DNA from: Bacilli bacterium
GTDB taxonomy: Bacteria; Bacillota_I; Bacilli_A; RF39; UBA660
DNA: 61,939 nucleotides
Reading direction: 5' to 3'
Assembly: GCA_017511945.1 (NCBI GenBank)
Contig: JAFWHR010000007.1
Coordinates: 1-61,939, forward strand
This document shows positions 47,453-58,115 of this stretch, piece by piece. Under the pieces are notes generated by a model. It was not told the DNA's origin. It made no database searches and worked only from the letters and a program-made list of their open reading frames with translations. Each line of letters starts with the position of its first letter. The stretch's first letter is position 1. A program made the translations under genes and the position numbers.

Positions 47453-50392
47453 ATGTATTTAAAGAAAATAGTTGCAAAAGGATTTAAATCTTTTGCAGAC
47501 AACATAGTTTTTAATTTTGACAGAGGTATTAATGGAATAGTTGGACCAAACGGTTCTGGAAAGAGTAATGTTGTAGATGCAATCAGATGGGTTTTAGGAG
47601 AGCAATCAGTAAAATCATTAAGAGGTGAAGGGAACATGACTGATGTCATATTTTCTGGTAGTAAATCTAGAAGATCTATGAATATGGCATCTGTAGCAAT
47701 TACTTTTGATAACTCCGATAAATACTTTCCTTTAGAATATGATGAGATTGAAATAAAGAGAAGAGTTTATAAAGATGGGTCTAATGAATATTTTATTAAT
47801 GGTGAAAAAGTTAGGCTAAAAGATGTTACCAATTTACTATTAGATAGTGGTATTGCTAAAGAGAGTTTTAATATTATCTCTCAGGGACAGATTGAAGCTA
47901 TTATTATGAGCAAACCAGAAAATAGAAGAGTTATATTTGAAGAGGCGTCAGGAGTTCTTAAATATAAAAGAAGAAAGTTAGAAGCTATTAAAAAGTTAGA
48001 AAAAACTCACGATAATAAAAACAGAATTAATGACATAATTAATGAGATAGAAGATAGAATTGAACCTTTAAAACTAGAGACTCAAAAGGCACTTGAATAT
48101 GAAGATGCAAAAGACAAACTAGAAAATTTAGATATAGCTTTAATAACTGAAGATATAACTTCTTTAAATTACAAGTATAATGATTCAAAAGAAAGGCTAG
48201 AAAAATTAAATAGAGAAGTTGCTTCTATGATGAGTAGTACTTCATCTAATGAGGCTAAAATAGAAAAATATAAAGTTAATATTGCTGAAATCGATGATAA
48301 AATAAACAATATGCAAGAAAAGGTGATAGAGTTAACTGAAAAGTCGGAAAATCTAAATAGTAGAAGAATAGTTATATCTGAAAGAAGAAAATATGAAGTT
48401 GACGATGCTAGAGTTCATGATAACATTGTCTTATTAAAAGAAAAAGAACTGACTCTATCTAATGAAATAGACAGTTTAAATGAGGAAATAAAGTATTTAA
48501 AAGTACAGATAGATGATATAGACGAGAAGTTAGCAAAAGAGAGAGATAATTTAAATAATATTAAGAAAGATAAGTTAACTGTTCAAAGTAAACTTACTGA
48601 AATGGTTAGAGAAAATCAAAACTTAGATATTAAAATTGAATCTTTAAAAGAAAATATTGAAAATGGAGGACCTTTACCATTTGCAGTTAAAAGTGTTTTA
48701 TCTAATCCTCATTTACCTGGAATTCACAATGCGGTTGGAAGTTTAATTGAAATTGATGAGGAGTATTCTCTAGCTATATTAGTTGCTCTTGGAAATGTTG
48801 TAAATAATGTAGTAACAGATGATGAAGACTGTGCTAAAAAAGCTATTAAATATTTAAAAAATGTAGGAAGGGCAACTTTTCTTCCTTTGAATATTATTAA
48901 ATCAAAATATATAGATAATAGCATATTAAGTGTTATATCTTCTACTAAGGGTTTTATAAATATTGCAAGTAACTTAGTTAAATGTGAAAATAAATATAAG
49001 AATATAATTGAATATGCTCTTGGAAATATAATAGTAACAGACGATATAGATAGTGCGGTAAACATCGGTAAAAAAATAAAAAACAGATATAAAATAGTTA
49101 CTTTAGATGGGCAGATTATAAATGCTGGTGGATCTATGACTGGAGGGAAAAATAAAAAACCTAGAAATATCATATCCGACAAATACGATTTGGAAAATAA
49201 TTTAAAAATGAAAGAAAAAATTCTCAGAGAAATTGCTGAATATGAAAATAAGGTAAATGAACTTGATTACAGTATATCTGTGTTTGAAGATAAGATATAC
49301 CTTTTAGATAAAGATAGATTGCTAAAAAATGATGACATAGATAATAAAAGAAAAAGTGCGAGTGAAAAAGCAAAGGAAAAAATAAAAATTGTTCAAGATA
49401 TTAAGAGTACTGAAAACTTATTAAATGGAGTTTTGTCTAAAGAGGAAGAAGAAATTATTGAAAAGTATTATTCATCTTTAAAGAAAAAAGATGAGGCAAA
49501 TAAGAAGTTAAAAAGTCTAATACGGCAAAAAGATGATTTAAATTCATCATTAGAAGAATATGAAATATCTTTAAAAAAGGAAAATAGTTTATATTCCTCT
49601 AAAACAGGAGAACTTAAAGATTTAGAAATTGAAGTAAACAGGCTAGATGTTAAGTTAGATAATTTACTTTCAAATTTAACTGAGAGTTATTCTATGACTT
49701 ATGATAAAGCTAGAGAAAACTATAAACTTGAAATAAATTATGATGAGGCAAAAAGAGAAGTTAACAGTTTAAAAAGAAAGATAAAGGAAATTGGAATAGT
49801 TAACTTAACTGCTCCAGAAGAGTACAAAAAAGTAAGTGAAAGGTATGAATTTTTATCAAATCAAATAAGAGATTTAAATGATGCAGAAAACACTCTTCTG
49901 GAGATAATAGATGATATGGACAAGGTTATGATTAAACAGTTTAAGGAGAGATTTGATATAATAAACTCTTATTTCAAGGAGACTTTTAAAGAAATGTTTA
50001 ACGGAGGAAATGCTGAGTTAAAACTTACAGATCCAAATAACTTATTAGAAACAGGGGTTGATATTACTTGCTCACCACCAGGCAAAAGACTTAAAAACAT
50101 CTCTCTTTTATCAGGTGGAGAGAAAACACTAACTGCAATCAGTTTACTATTTGCTATTATAAAATCTAAAACATCACCATTTTGTGTATTAGATGAGGTT
50201 GAGGCAGCTTTAGATGAGGCTAATGTAGACATTTTTGGAAAGTATTTGGTTAAGTTAAAAGAAAAATCTCAATTTATAGTAATTACTCATAAAAAGAAAA
50301 CGATGGAGTATGCAAATATATTATATGGAATTACTATGCAGGAGTCTGGCATAAGTAAACTTGTTTCAGTTAAGTTAGAAGATATAGAATAG
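47453..50392 (+). CDS. smc: Chromosome partition protein Smc (short, 979 aa)
   Basis: N-terminal GPNGSGKSN, a hinge region near residue 430-560, C-terminal LSGGEKTL and LDEVEAALD. Confidence 0.88.
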   Translation: MYLKKIVAKGFKSFADNIVFNFDRGINGIVGPNGSGKSNVVDAIRWVLGEQSVKSLRGEGNMTDVIFSGSKSRRSMNMASVAITFDNSDKYFPLEYDEIEIKRRVYKDGSNEYFINGEKVRLKDVTNLLLDSGIAKESFNIISQGQIEAIIMSKPENRRVIFEEASGVLKYKRRKLEAIKKLEKTHDNKNRINDIINEIEDRIEPLKLETQKALEYEDAKDKLENLDIALITEDITSLNYKYNDSKERLEKLNREVASMMSSTSSNEAKIEKYKVNIAEIDDKINNMQEKVIELTEKSENLNSRRIVISERRKYEVDDARVHDNIVLLKEKELTLSNEIDSLNEEIKYLKVQIDDIDEKLAKERDNLNNIKKDKLTVQSKLTEMVRENQNLDIKIESLKENIENGGPLPFAVKSVLSNPHLPGIHNAVGSLIEIDEEYSLAILVALGNVVNNVVTDDEDCAKKAIKYLKNVGRATFLPLNIIKSKYIDNSILSVISSTKGFINIASNLVKCENKYKNIIEYALGNIIVTDDIDSAVNIGKKIKNRYKIVTLDGQIINAGGSMTGGKNKKPRNIISDKYDLENNLKMKEKILREIAEYENKVNELDYSISVFEDKIYLLDKDRLLKNDDIDNKRKSASEKAKEKIKIVQDIKSTENLLNGVLSKEEEEIIEKYYSSLKKKDEANKKLKSLIRQKDDLNSSLEEYEISLKKENSLYSSKTGELKDLEIEVNRLDVKLDNLLSNLTESYSMTYDKARENYKLEINYDEAKREVNSLKRKIKEIGIVNLTAPEEYKKVSERYEFLSNQIRDLNDAENTLLEIIDDMDKVMIKQFKERFDIINSYFKETFKEMFNGGNAELKLTDPNNLLETGVDITCSPPGKRLKNISLLSGGEKTLTAISLLFAIIKSKTSPFCVLDEVEAALDEANVDIFGKYLVKLKEKSQFIVITHKKKTMEYANILYGITMQESGISKLVSVKLEDIE

Positions 50393-50399
50393 TTTAAGT

Positions 50400-50428
50400 T
50401 TGCAAAAAACAAAAAAAAGTGTTATTAT
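50400..50428 (+). promoter_or_regulatory. Sigma-A promoter (TTGCAA, 17 nt spacer, TGtTATTAT)
   Basis: Hexamers read at 50400-50405 and 50423-50428. Confidence 0.5.
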
Positions 50429-50459
50429 ATGTAGGCGCTTAGATGAAAGGAGGGCTAAT

Positions 50460-50615
50460 ATGATGATACTTGATAGAAAAGGAAGCAAAAAGACAAAAAT
50501 ATGTATTTATACAAAAAAAGCAAACAATAATAAAGTGATGTCACGAAAAACACTCATTAAAAGGTTTTGTGATTCAGACTATACACCACTTTATGAAAAT
50601 AGATATGTTAGATAA
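50460..50615 (+). CDS. Small basic ORF (51 aa) upstream of the ABC-F gene; possible leader peptide
   Basis: The ATG follows the strongest RBS in the region (aaaggaggg). A hairpin starts at its stop codon. Confidence 0.4.
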   Translation: MMILDRKGSKKTKICIYTKKANNNKVMSRKTLIKRFCDSDYTPLYENRYVR

Positions 50616-50642
50616 TCACTTGTTTAAGTGATTATTTCTTTA
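50612..50642 (+). terminator. Hairpin (10-bp stem) plus T-rich tail between the small ORF and the ABC-F gene
   Basis: ataatcactt/aagtgattat, loop gttt, then ttctttat. Confidence 0.55.
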
Positions 50643-50672
50643 TATAATTTAAGTTACAAAAGAGGTGAGAAA

Positions 50673-52265
50673 ATGTTGCAAGTTAAAAATATAAGTTTAA
50701 GATATGGAAAAAGAGTTCTATTTGAAAATGTCAATTTAGAATTTACTGAAGGTAATTGCTTTGGCGTTATAGGAGCAAATGGAGCAGGGAAATCTACGTT
50801 TTTAAAAATTCTATCCGGTGAAATAGAACCATCTACTGGTGAAATTGTAAAAGATAAATCAGAGAGGATTTCATATTTAAAACAGAATCACAATATATTT
50901 GATGAAAATGCAGTTATAGATACAGTTATTATGGGAAATGAAAGATTATATAAGGTCATGAAAGAGAAAGAAAGACTTTATATGAAAGAGAACTTTACTG
51001 ATGAAGATGGACTTGAAGTTGCCCTATTAGAATCAGAATTCGAGAGTTTAAACGGCTGGGAAGCTGAGAGTAATGCAGCTACTTTATTATCAGGTCTTGG
51101 GGTTGCAAATGATCTACACTATAAAAAAATGAAGGAATTAAGTGATAAAATAAAGGTAAAAGTATTACTCGCATCTGCACTTTTTGGTTCGCCTGATAAT
51201 TTACTTTTAGATGAGCCGACAAATGGACTTGATATTAAAAGTAAGTTATGGCTTGAAAATTTTCTTCTTGATTTTAAAGGAACAATAATACTCGTATCAC
51301 ATGATAGACATTTTTTAAATAAAGTTTGTACTCATATGGTAGATATAGATAGAGAAAGTATAAAAATGAGTATAGGTAATTATGACTTTTGGTATCAATC
51401 TAATGAACTTATGTTAAAACAGTTAAAGAATTCTAATAAAAAGAAAGAAGAAAAAATTAAAGATCTCGAAAAGTTTATAGCTAGGTTCTCAGCTAACGCC
51501 TCTAAATCAAAGCAGGCAACATCTAGAAAAAAACTTTTAGAAAAGATAAAGATAGATGAACTTAAACCTTCCACAAGAAAATATCCGTATATAAATTTTG
51601 AGATTGAAAAAAGACTTGGAAAGCAGGTCATTACATTAAGTAAAATTTCTATTTTAAATGGTGATGATTTTATCATAAAAAATGTGAATTTAAATATAAA
51701 AAATGATGATAAAATAGCTTTAATAGGTGAAAATGAAATAGCTAAAACTGCACTACTTGAAGTACTATCTGGAGGTAAAACTCCTGATAGTGGAGAAGTT
51801 AAAGTTGGAAGTAGTGTAGTAATATCTTATTTTCCTAAAAAATATGATGAACACTTTAAAAGTAATATTACACTTATCGATTTTTTGAGAAAATACTCTG
51901 ATAACAAAGATGATTCTTTTGTAAGAGGTTTTTTAGGAAGGATGTTATTTTCTGGTGAGGAATCTTTGAAATGCGTGAACGTTTTATCAGGAGGAGAAAA
52001 AGTTAGATGTATGTTATCTAAGATGATGCTTAATAAAGGTAATTTATTACTATTAGATGAACCTACTAATCATTTAGATATAGAATCTATAACTTCTCTT
52101 AATAATGGACTTAAAAGTTTTAAAGGTCCAATAGTCTTTTCCAGTTTTGATACGCAATTGATAAGTACAATTGCAAATAGGATTATTTATTTTAAAGAGG
52201 ATGGATCTTATATTGATAAGCAGATGAATTATGAAGATTTTTTATCAAAGTATAATTTAGATTAA
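50673..52265 (+). CDS. ABC-F family ATPase (two NBDs, no TM domain)
   Basis: GANGAGKST and a second, degenerate P-loop region, two LSGGE signatures and an inter-domain linker. Confidence 0.85.
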   Translation: MLQVKNISLRYGKRVLFENVNLEFTEGNCFGVIGANGAGKSTFLKILSGEIEPSTGEIVKDKSERISYLKQNHNIFDENAVIDTVIMGNERLYKVMKEKERLYMKENFTDEDGLEVALLESEFESLNGWEAESNAATLLSGLGVANDLHYKKMKELSDKIKVKVLLASALFGSPDNLLLDEPTNGLDIKSKLWLENFLLDFKGTIILVSHDRHFLNKVCTHMVDIDRESIKMSIGNYDFWYQSNELMLKQLKNSNKKKEEKIKDLEKFIARFSANASKSKQATSRKKLLEKIKIDELKPSTRKYPYINFEIEKRLGKQVITLSKISILNGDDFIIKNVNLNIKNDDKIALIGENEIAKTALLEVLSGGKTPDSGEVKVGSSVVISYFPKKYDEHFKSNITLIDFLRKYSDNKDDSFVRGFLGRMLFSGEESLKCVNVLSGGEKVRCMLSKMMLNKGNLLLLDEPTNHLDIESITSLNNGLKSFKGPIVFSSFDTQLISTIANRIIYFKEDGSYIDKQMNYEDFLSKYNLD

Positions 52266-52271
52266 ATAATT

Positions 52272-52300
52272 AAAAAGCGGAGAATTAATCCGCTTTATTT
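52272..52300. terminator. Bidirectional hairpin terminator
   Basis: aaagcgga/tccgcttt stem between convergent genes. Confidence 0.7.
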
Positions 52301-53926
52301 AAATGTTACATATTTATATAGTTTATAAACTTCACCATTTATATTAAAATATATGTAATACTTTCCTTTGATTCCATCTTCATTTATGTATCTAGAAGAT
52401 GCAGTATCATTAGTTATCAATTTATATGCTTTTTTATCAAGTACATTATCTAATATAATTTCAACCTTATCTTTTTTAGAAAAATTACCGCTTACTTTAA
52501 GGCCATATACATCTTTATACAGTTTAATATTATATTTATCAATTATTTTAGTATTATCATTTGTCTTTAAAAGCAGGTAATCTTTTATAGTTTCAGATAT
52601 TCCGAGTTTCCCTAATCTAACTCCACGATCTAATGTGTATAGGTCATTTGCATATAGCGGTAGGTTCTTACAATTATAAACTTGTCTGTCAAATATAATA
52701 CTAAAATTATCTTTTTCTACAGTTTCATCTTTTACTGTTACATCACTTACTGAAGCATTTTCATATTTTCCTATTTTTATACTATCAATTACATCATATG
52801 TATGTGCACCATAGTTTACTTTATATGTCATTAGATATTTTGTTCCATCTATTTCATTTACAAAAGAAAACTTTCCATCATCAAGTGAATTTATGGATTC
52901 AGGTTTATTAATACTATCATCTTTTAATAAAAATTCATCTTGTTTATTTATAGTATCTTTTCCAATTATGTAATTTAGTTCTAAAGAGTAGTAATCAACA
53001 CTTATAATTTTATTGTCATCGGTTATACTCATTAGTATAGAATTAGTTTTAGAATCGTAATCTATACTTGTGATTTCTGCTGAAATACCTAAATTCTTTA
53101 ATTTAAATTCTTTAACAATTTCTCCATTTTTTCTATCTATTTCAACTATAGAGTTATCCAAACTTCCAGGCAAACTTGTTATTAGTAAAATGTTTCCATT
53201 TGTAAGTTCTACATTATCGTGATGATATCCTCCAGGAATGGCATATTCAAAATAAACTTTACCAAGCAAATCAATTTCAGATAAACTTACACTATAATTC
53301 TTATTAATTGTTTTATTACTTCCTAGTAATAGATGTCCATTGTTAAGTCTTTGTACATCCCAGTTATAATCTTTATCTAAGTACCATCTAACTTCCCCGT
53401 ATGAATCGTATGCAGCTGTATATTTACTATTTTTAAAACTTGTAAAGAAAAATTCGTCTATGTCATCTTTTTTTACTTCACTAATTTTAGGAAAATCAGT
53501 TGGCAATTTATCAGTTTTAATAGTTATTTCCTTTTTTTTCTCACTAGCTTCAATTATTACTTTGTTTTCATAGTCTGAATATAGTCCATATATAGGCAGA
53601 ATGTGAAGTTTAGATGGAGTAAATGTGTGAACTAAATCATTTCCATTTTTACCTTTTAAAGTAATAGTAGGGGTGGTTAAATCATTTGTCTCAAATACTA
53701 CTAAGGCACTTAGTGGACTATTACCGTATGGGTTTAATATTATGTTTGGATTATCTATAGTATAAGATGTGTTTTTTAAAAACTCCTTTTCTTTTTCTTC
53801 TTGAATTTTTAATACATCACTTTCATTTTCTATCGGTTTAAAAGATTCTATATAGTTGTATATTAGAATTGAGATAAAAAAAGTTAAAACAATTAGAAAC
53901 AAGTATTTAAATAATAATTTTTTCAT
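52295..53926 (-). CDS. Arylsulfotransferase (ASST)-like beta-propeller protein with an N-terminal anchor
   Basis: 543 aa. NPYGNSPLSALVVFET is typical of the ASST N-terminal region. Confidence 0.6.
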   Translation of the reverse strand: MKKLLFKYLFLIVLTFFISILIYNYIESFKPIENESDVLKIQEEKEKEFLKNTSYTIDNPNIILNPYGNSPLSALVVFETNDLTTPTITLKGKNGNDLVHTFTPSKLHILPIYGLYSDYENKVIIEASEKKKEITIKTDKLPTDFPKISEVKKDDIDEFFFTSFKNSKYTAAYDSYGEVRWYLDKDYNWDVQRLNNGHLLLGSNKTINKNYSVSLSEIDLLGKVYFEYAIPGGYHHDNVELTNGNILLITSLPGSLDNSIVEIDRKNGEIVKEFKLKNLGISAEITSIDYDSKTNSILMSITDDNKIISVDYYSLELNYIIGKDTINKQDEFLLKDDSINKPESINSLDDGKFSFVNEIDGTKYLMTYKVNYGAHTYDVIDSIKIGKYENASVSDVTVKDETVEKDNFSIIFDRQVYNCKNLPLYANDLYTLDRGVRLGKLGISETIKDYLLLKTNDNTKIIDKYNIKLYKDVYGLKVSGNFSKKDKVEIILDNVLDKKAYKLITNDTASSRYINEDGIKGKYYIYFNINGEVYKLYKYVTFK

Positions 53927-53934
53927 ATATCCTC

Positions 53935-54483
53935 CTATATAAGTCTTATTTCATTCTCGTTAAAAAATGGTTTTTTCTTATTAATTTTGTCATAAAATAG
54001 TATTCCGTTTAAGTGATCAATTTCGTGTTGGAGAGCAATTGATAAATCTTCTCTAGCTCTAATTGATATCTCATTTCCGTCTTCATCAAGTCCAACAACT
54101 TTAACTCTTGCGTATCTAGGTACGTGACCTTCAACCTCTCTATTCACGCTTAGACATCCTTCACCTGTTTCTAAAGCTATGATTTCTTCAGAGTGACTGA
54201 TAATCTTAGGGTTTACAACTACGTAATTTTTAAATTTTCCTTCTTCATATTCATGGACAATGACTATGATTCTTTTAAGCATTCCAAGCTGAGGAAATGC
54301 AAGTCCCATTCCAGGTCTTAGGTTATATTTTTCCGCTTTTTTTTCTATCTGCGAATACTTTAAATGTTTAATAATATTTTCAATGGTAATTTTATCTTCA
54401 TCAGATAAAGGTGTATTAACCTCTTTACTTATTTTTCTCAATATTTTATGTCTATCATCTAATATATTTAAAGGTTTAAACAT
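53935..54483 (-). CDS. def: Peptide deformylase
   Basis: GMGLAFPQ, EGCLS and HEIDHLNG. Confidence 0.9.
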   Translation of the reverse strand: MFKPLNILDDRHKILRKISKEVNTPLSDEDKITIENIIKHLKYSQIEKKAEKYNLRPGMGLAFPQLGMLKRIIVIVHEYEEGKFKNYVVVNPKIISHSEEIIALETGEGCLSVNREVEGHVPRYARVKVVGLDEDGNEISIRAREDLSIALQHEIDHLNGILFYDKINKKKPFFNENEIRLI

Positions 54484-54784
54484 GTATACTTCAACTCCTT
54501 TTATATTTTAGCACATTTCTAATTAAAAAAAACATTTTTTATAAATTCGTTTCTATCTGCAGTATATTATATATTTGCTGCAGATTTATGTCAAATCTAC
54601 CTGAATATTTATTATTAAATTTCAAATCATCATTATGTTTTATTATTTTGTTATTTTAACTGAATATAAGTTATAATATTTTTATTCACATTCAGAAGAT
54701 AATAATAAGCATTAGTTCTATTTTTTTTAGTATTATATTAATTGAAATATTTGTGTAAAGACATTTTTATATTAGACATTTTTT

Positions 54785-55427
54785 TTGCTAAAATATGTTA
54801 TAATGTAATTGTATTAAAATGATACGAGGTGAATAGAATGAGTGAAATACAAAAAATAAACTTAAACGATATTGATTTTAAATGGGATAAGGTATCTACG
54901 ACTGCGGCAGGAGCAGCAAGTGGTAAAGGCTTTTTAAATGAAAGTAACATTATAAAGGATGCTTGGGCTGATGAGTTAGAAATGGAAAAAGTTGATGATG
55001 CTTACTTGCTTTCTCAAGATGGAACACCTATGGGATTCATAGATTCTAAAACGGCTGAAGATTATATGAATTCAGAAAAAGCAGCTCACGAACAGTCTAA
55101 TAAGGATGTTGATAATGGCAATAATAATATTGAAAGAAAACCTTTAACAGATGCATTAAAAGAAAAAGGCGTACTTTCAGATCCAGCTGAAAAGAAAGTA
55201 GAGATAACTGAAACAATAAAAAATAGTTTAAATGTAGCTGAAACAAATTCTAATCAAATTGAAAATACTAAGAATAATTCAAATAAACCTTTAATAGATG
55301 CGTTAAGGGAAAAAGGTTTACTTTTAGATCCAAATAAAGAAAAAGTAGATATAACTGAAAATTTAATAAAAAACTTAAAAATAGATGATAATGAATCAAA
55401 AATATCACCAGTGGTCGATGATTCAAC
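54785..55427 (+). repeat. Copy 1 of a 643-bp direct repeat (promoter, RBS and about 197 codons); copy 2 is at 57473..58115
   Basis: Constant offset of 2688 bp with no indels and only scattered substitutions. Includes an extended -10 TGTTATAAT at 54796-54804. Confidence 0.9.
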
Positions 55428-55971
55428 AGCAAATGATAAAATTGTACAAAAAGAATTAACTAAAGTTCAGGTTGACAAAATGCTAGAAATAGCTGAAAGT
55501 CAGTGTGGAGTAAGATATAATAGTATGAATTATGGCCCAGCAGAAGAAGGGGGCGATGGTTTTGGATGTGCAATGTTAGTTTCTTATATATATAATAATA
55601 TACTATTTAACGGAGTAAGAGGAGATTCTATGGATACACCTGGTTTTTATGGGAGTACATATGAATATTGGGGTAATGTTACAAGAGATGGTTATGATCC
55701 TCACAATAAGGGGTTTATAGAAGTGCCCGCAGAAGAGGCTCAGCCAGGAGATGTTGTAGCTTATACAGAAGGATATGATCCTTATGAAAGTGCCCAGTCT
55801 TGTGGGCATGTAGCATTATATATAGGCGATGGAGAAGTAATAGGAGCCAACGGAACTGGTAGTGGTGATGCTGCGGTTGGCCAAGTTGAAGTAACTAGTG
55901 TTGAAGCACAAGCTTATGGTAGAGATGCTCATTATTTACATTATGTTGGCGTCGACGATGGTAACAAGTAA
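54838..55971 (+). CDS. Modular protein: shared N-terminal module plus a C-terminal NlpC/P60 (CHAP-like) peptidase domain
   Basis: GFGCAMLVSYIY (Cys) and CGHVALYIGDGEVIG (His). No signal peptide seen. Confidence 0.75.
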   Translation: MSEIQKINLNDIDFKWDKVSTTAAGAASGKGFLNESNIIKDAWADELEMEKVDDAYLLSQDGTPMGFIDSKTAEDYMNSEKAAHEQSNKDVDNGNNNIERKPLTDALKEKGVLSDPAEKKVEITETIKNSLNVAETNSNQIENTKNNSNKPLIDALREKGLLLDPNKEKVDITENLIKNLKIDDNESKISPVVDDSTANDKIVQKELTKVQVDKMLEIAESQCGVRYNSMNYGPAEEGGDGFGCAMLVSYIYNNILFNGVRGDSMDTPGFYGSTYEYWGNVTRDGYDPHNKGFIEVPAEEAQPGDVVAYTEGYDPYESAQSCGHVALYIGDGEVIGANGTGSGDAAVGQVEVTSVEAQAYGRDAHYLHYVGVDDGNK

Positions 55972-56010
55972 TATGTTATTTTGTTAAAAACTTAAATAAG
56001 GGTGAAATAT

Positions 56011-57366
56011 ATGAAAGAGTATAGACAAGTGTTAAATTTTACTTATAAAAACCAAGAATATGTTATGTATTTAGATAACGATAACAAAAGATTTTTTTTA
56101 AAAGTTATTGATGGTCAATTTGCATATTTAACAGATAAAGAATTTGCAGAACTTACCATATTTTTTGCTTCTAATCCGAAAATTATGAAAGTAGTAGGGA
56201 AAAAAAAGATTAAACTTATTCCTTCTATAGTTTCTGGAGGTATTACAACTATTCTGTCTTTTTCAGTTTTAACAGGTTGTTTTAAATCTTCTGAGATTCA
56301 AGTTGATAATTTGTTTCCGTCAAGAGCTACTAGTGAAATTGTTACAGACGTAGAAGATTTTAAGAATATTATGTCTCTTTCTGATTCTCATACTTTAGAT
56401 AGTGAAAATGATACATATGAATATAAAGATAATACTCTGTATATTTATGATAAAGATTTTTTAGACTTAGTTATGGAAAAGGAAAATATCACTTATGACA
56501 TGCTTTGTAGACAAATAGATAGGAATAATTGTATTCCTCCTGAGTTTAAGAGTGTATTATACGATTACTGTCTAGCTTTAACTACTAAGCATCCAAATGT
56601 TGATTTAAGAGTTTTTTATAACAATTTAAAGACATTAGAGGTTGAAACATGTACAAGTGAGGAAATAGAGGTTAAAACAGGAATATCTGGTTCTTATGGG
56701 TGTTATGATAGTAGTAAAAATGAAATATATGTTATTAAAAATTATGATTATAATAATGATTTGTGGGCTCATCAAGTAATATTTCATGAACTTACTCATT
56801 GTGCAATAATTGGAAATTATGAAATAGATGGACTTAAAGTTAAAGTTCAGCCAGAGGGACCCAAATTTAATAACGAAATTACCTCTGAAGCACTTACGAC
56901 TTTGTTTACTGTTAGTTTATTTGATTATGAAGAAAATGGATTGGCGTATCAACTTCAAAGTAATTATCATAAAATAATGCTTGATTGTTTAGGCGATAAT
57001 TATAGTTTAGATGATTATTTTAATCACAGTTTAAGTTATTTTGAAAATGCATTGAACAAATATAATGGTAATGATGATTCTGCAGTTATATTAGAATTAA
57101 TTCAAACGCAATTCAAAGATTATCATAGTACCTTGATAAATGTGTCTAAAGAAGAGTATTATCCAATAATTGGGTATGTTTGTGATATGTATTATAAAAG
57201 CCATATCAGTCCTTATATGGAATATGATGAGATGATTGATGTAGCAGAAACATTATATAGTAAAGTAAGTCGATATGTTCCTAATGAGTATAAAATAGAA
57301 AAAAAACAGTTTTATGATCATTTAGATAATTATTTACAGTATGTAAATAAAGATAGAACGAGATAA
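56011..57366 (+). CDS. Single-pass membrane protein with an HExxH metallopeptidase-like ectodomain
   Basis: TM LIPSIVSGGITTILSFSVLTGCF and motif VIFHELTHC. Confidence 0.6.
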   Translation: MKEYRQVLNFTYKNQEYVMYLDNDNKRFFLKVIDGQFAYLTDKEFAELTIFFASNPKIMKVVGKKKIKLIPSIVSGGITTILSFSVLTGCFKSSEIQVDNLFPSRATSEIVTDVEDFKNIMSLSDSHTLDSENDTYEYKDNTLYIYDKDFLDLVMEKENITYDMLCRQIDRNNCIPPEFKSVLYDYCLALTTKHPNVDLRVFYNNLKTLEVETCTSEEIEVKTGISGSYGCYDSSKNEIYVIKNYDYNNDLWAHQVIFHELTHCAIIGNYEIDGLKVKVQPEGPKFNNEITSEALTTLFTVSLFDYEENGLAYQLQSNYHKIMLDCLGDNYSLDDYFNHSLSYFENALNKYNGNDDSAVILELIQTQFKDYHSTLINVSKEEYYPIIGYVCDMYYKSHISPYMEYDEMIDVAETLYSKVSRYVPNEYKIEKKQFYDHLDNYLQYVNKDRTR

Positions 57367-57472
57367 TTATATTATTACAAATACTTTACTTTTAAAAACA
57401 ATGTATATGTTAATATATAACTGATAATGATTATTAAAAATAGATAGTGTCATTTATCGAATTAAATAATAC

Positions 57473-58115
57473 TTGATAAAATATGTTATAATGTAATTGT
57501 ATTAAAATGGTATGGAGGGAAGATAATGAGTGAAATACAAAAAATAAACTTAAACGATATTGATTTTAAATGGGATAAGGTATCTACGACTGCGGCAGGA
57601 GCAGCAAGTGGTAAAGGATTTTTAAATGAAAGTAACATTATAAAGGATGCTTGGGCTGATGAGTTAGAATTGGAAAAAGTTGATGATGCTTACTTACTTT
57701 CCCAAGATGGAACACCTATGGGATTCATAGATTCTAAAACGGCCGAAGATTATATGAATTCAGAAAAAGCAGCTCACAAACAGTCTAATAAGGCTGTTGA
57801 TAATGGCAATAATAATATTGAAAAAAAACCTTTAACAGATGCATTAAAAGAAAAAGGCGTACTTTCAGATCCAGCTGAAAAGAAAGCGGAGATAGCTGAA
57901 ACAATAAACAATAATTTAAAAGTAGATGAAACAAATTCTAATCAAATTGAAAATACTAAGAATAATTTAAATAAATCTTTAATAGATGCGTTAAGGGAAA
58001 AAGGTTTACTTTTAGATCCAAATAAAGAAAAAGTAGATATAACTGAAAATTTAATGAAAAACTTAAAAATAGATGATAATGAATCAAAAATATCACCAGT
58101 GGTTGATGATTCAAC
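57473..58115 (+). repeat. Copy 2 of the 643-bp direct repeat
   Basis: See copy 1. The -10 TATAAT is at 57487-57492. Confidence 0.9.

Noticed and set aside
50400-50459. The TTG start at 50400 for the 71-aa ORF
   Set aside because: That TTG is better explained as the -35 hexamer of a promoter. The internal ATG at 50460 has the strong RBS.
54555-54585. Inverted repeat atctgcag(N15)ctgcagat (two PstI sites) in the 354-bp def/effector intergenic region, as a possible operator
   Set aside because: It is a single 8-bp stem with no second copy near the paralogous promoter at 57.4 kb and no adjacent regulator gene. It may simply be a weak hairpin.
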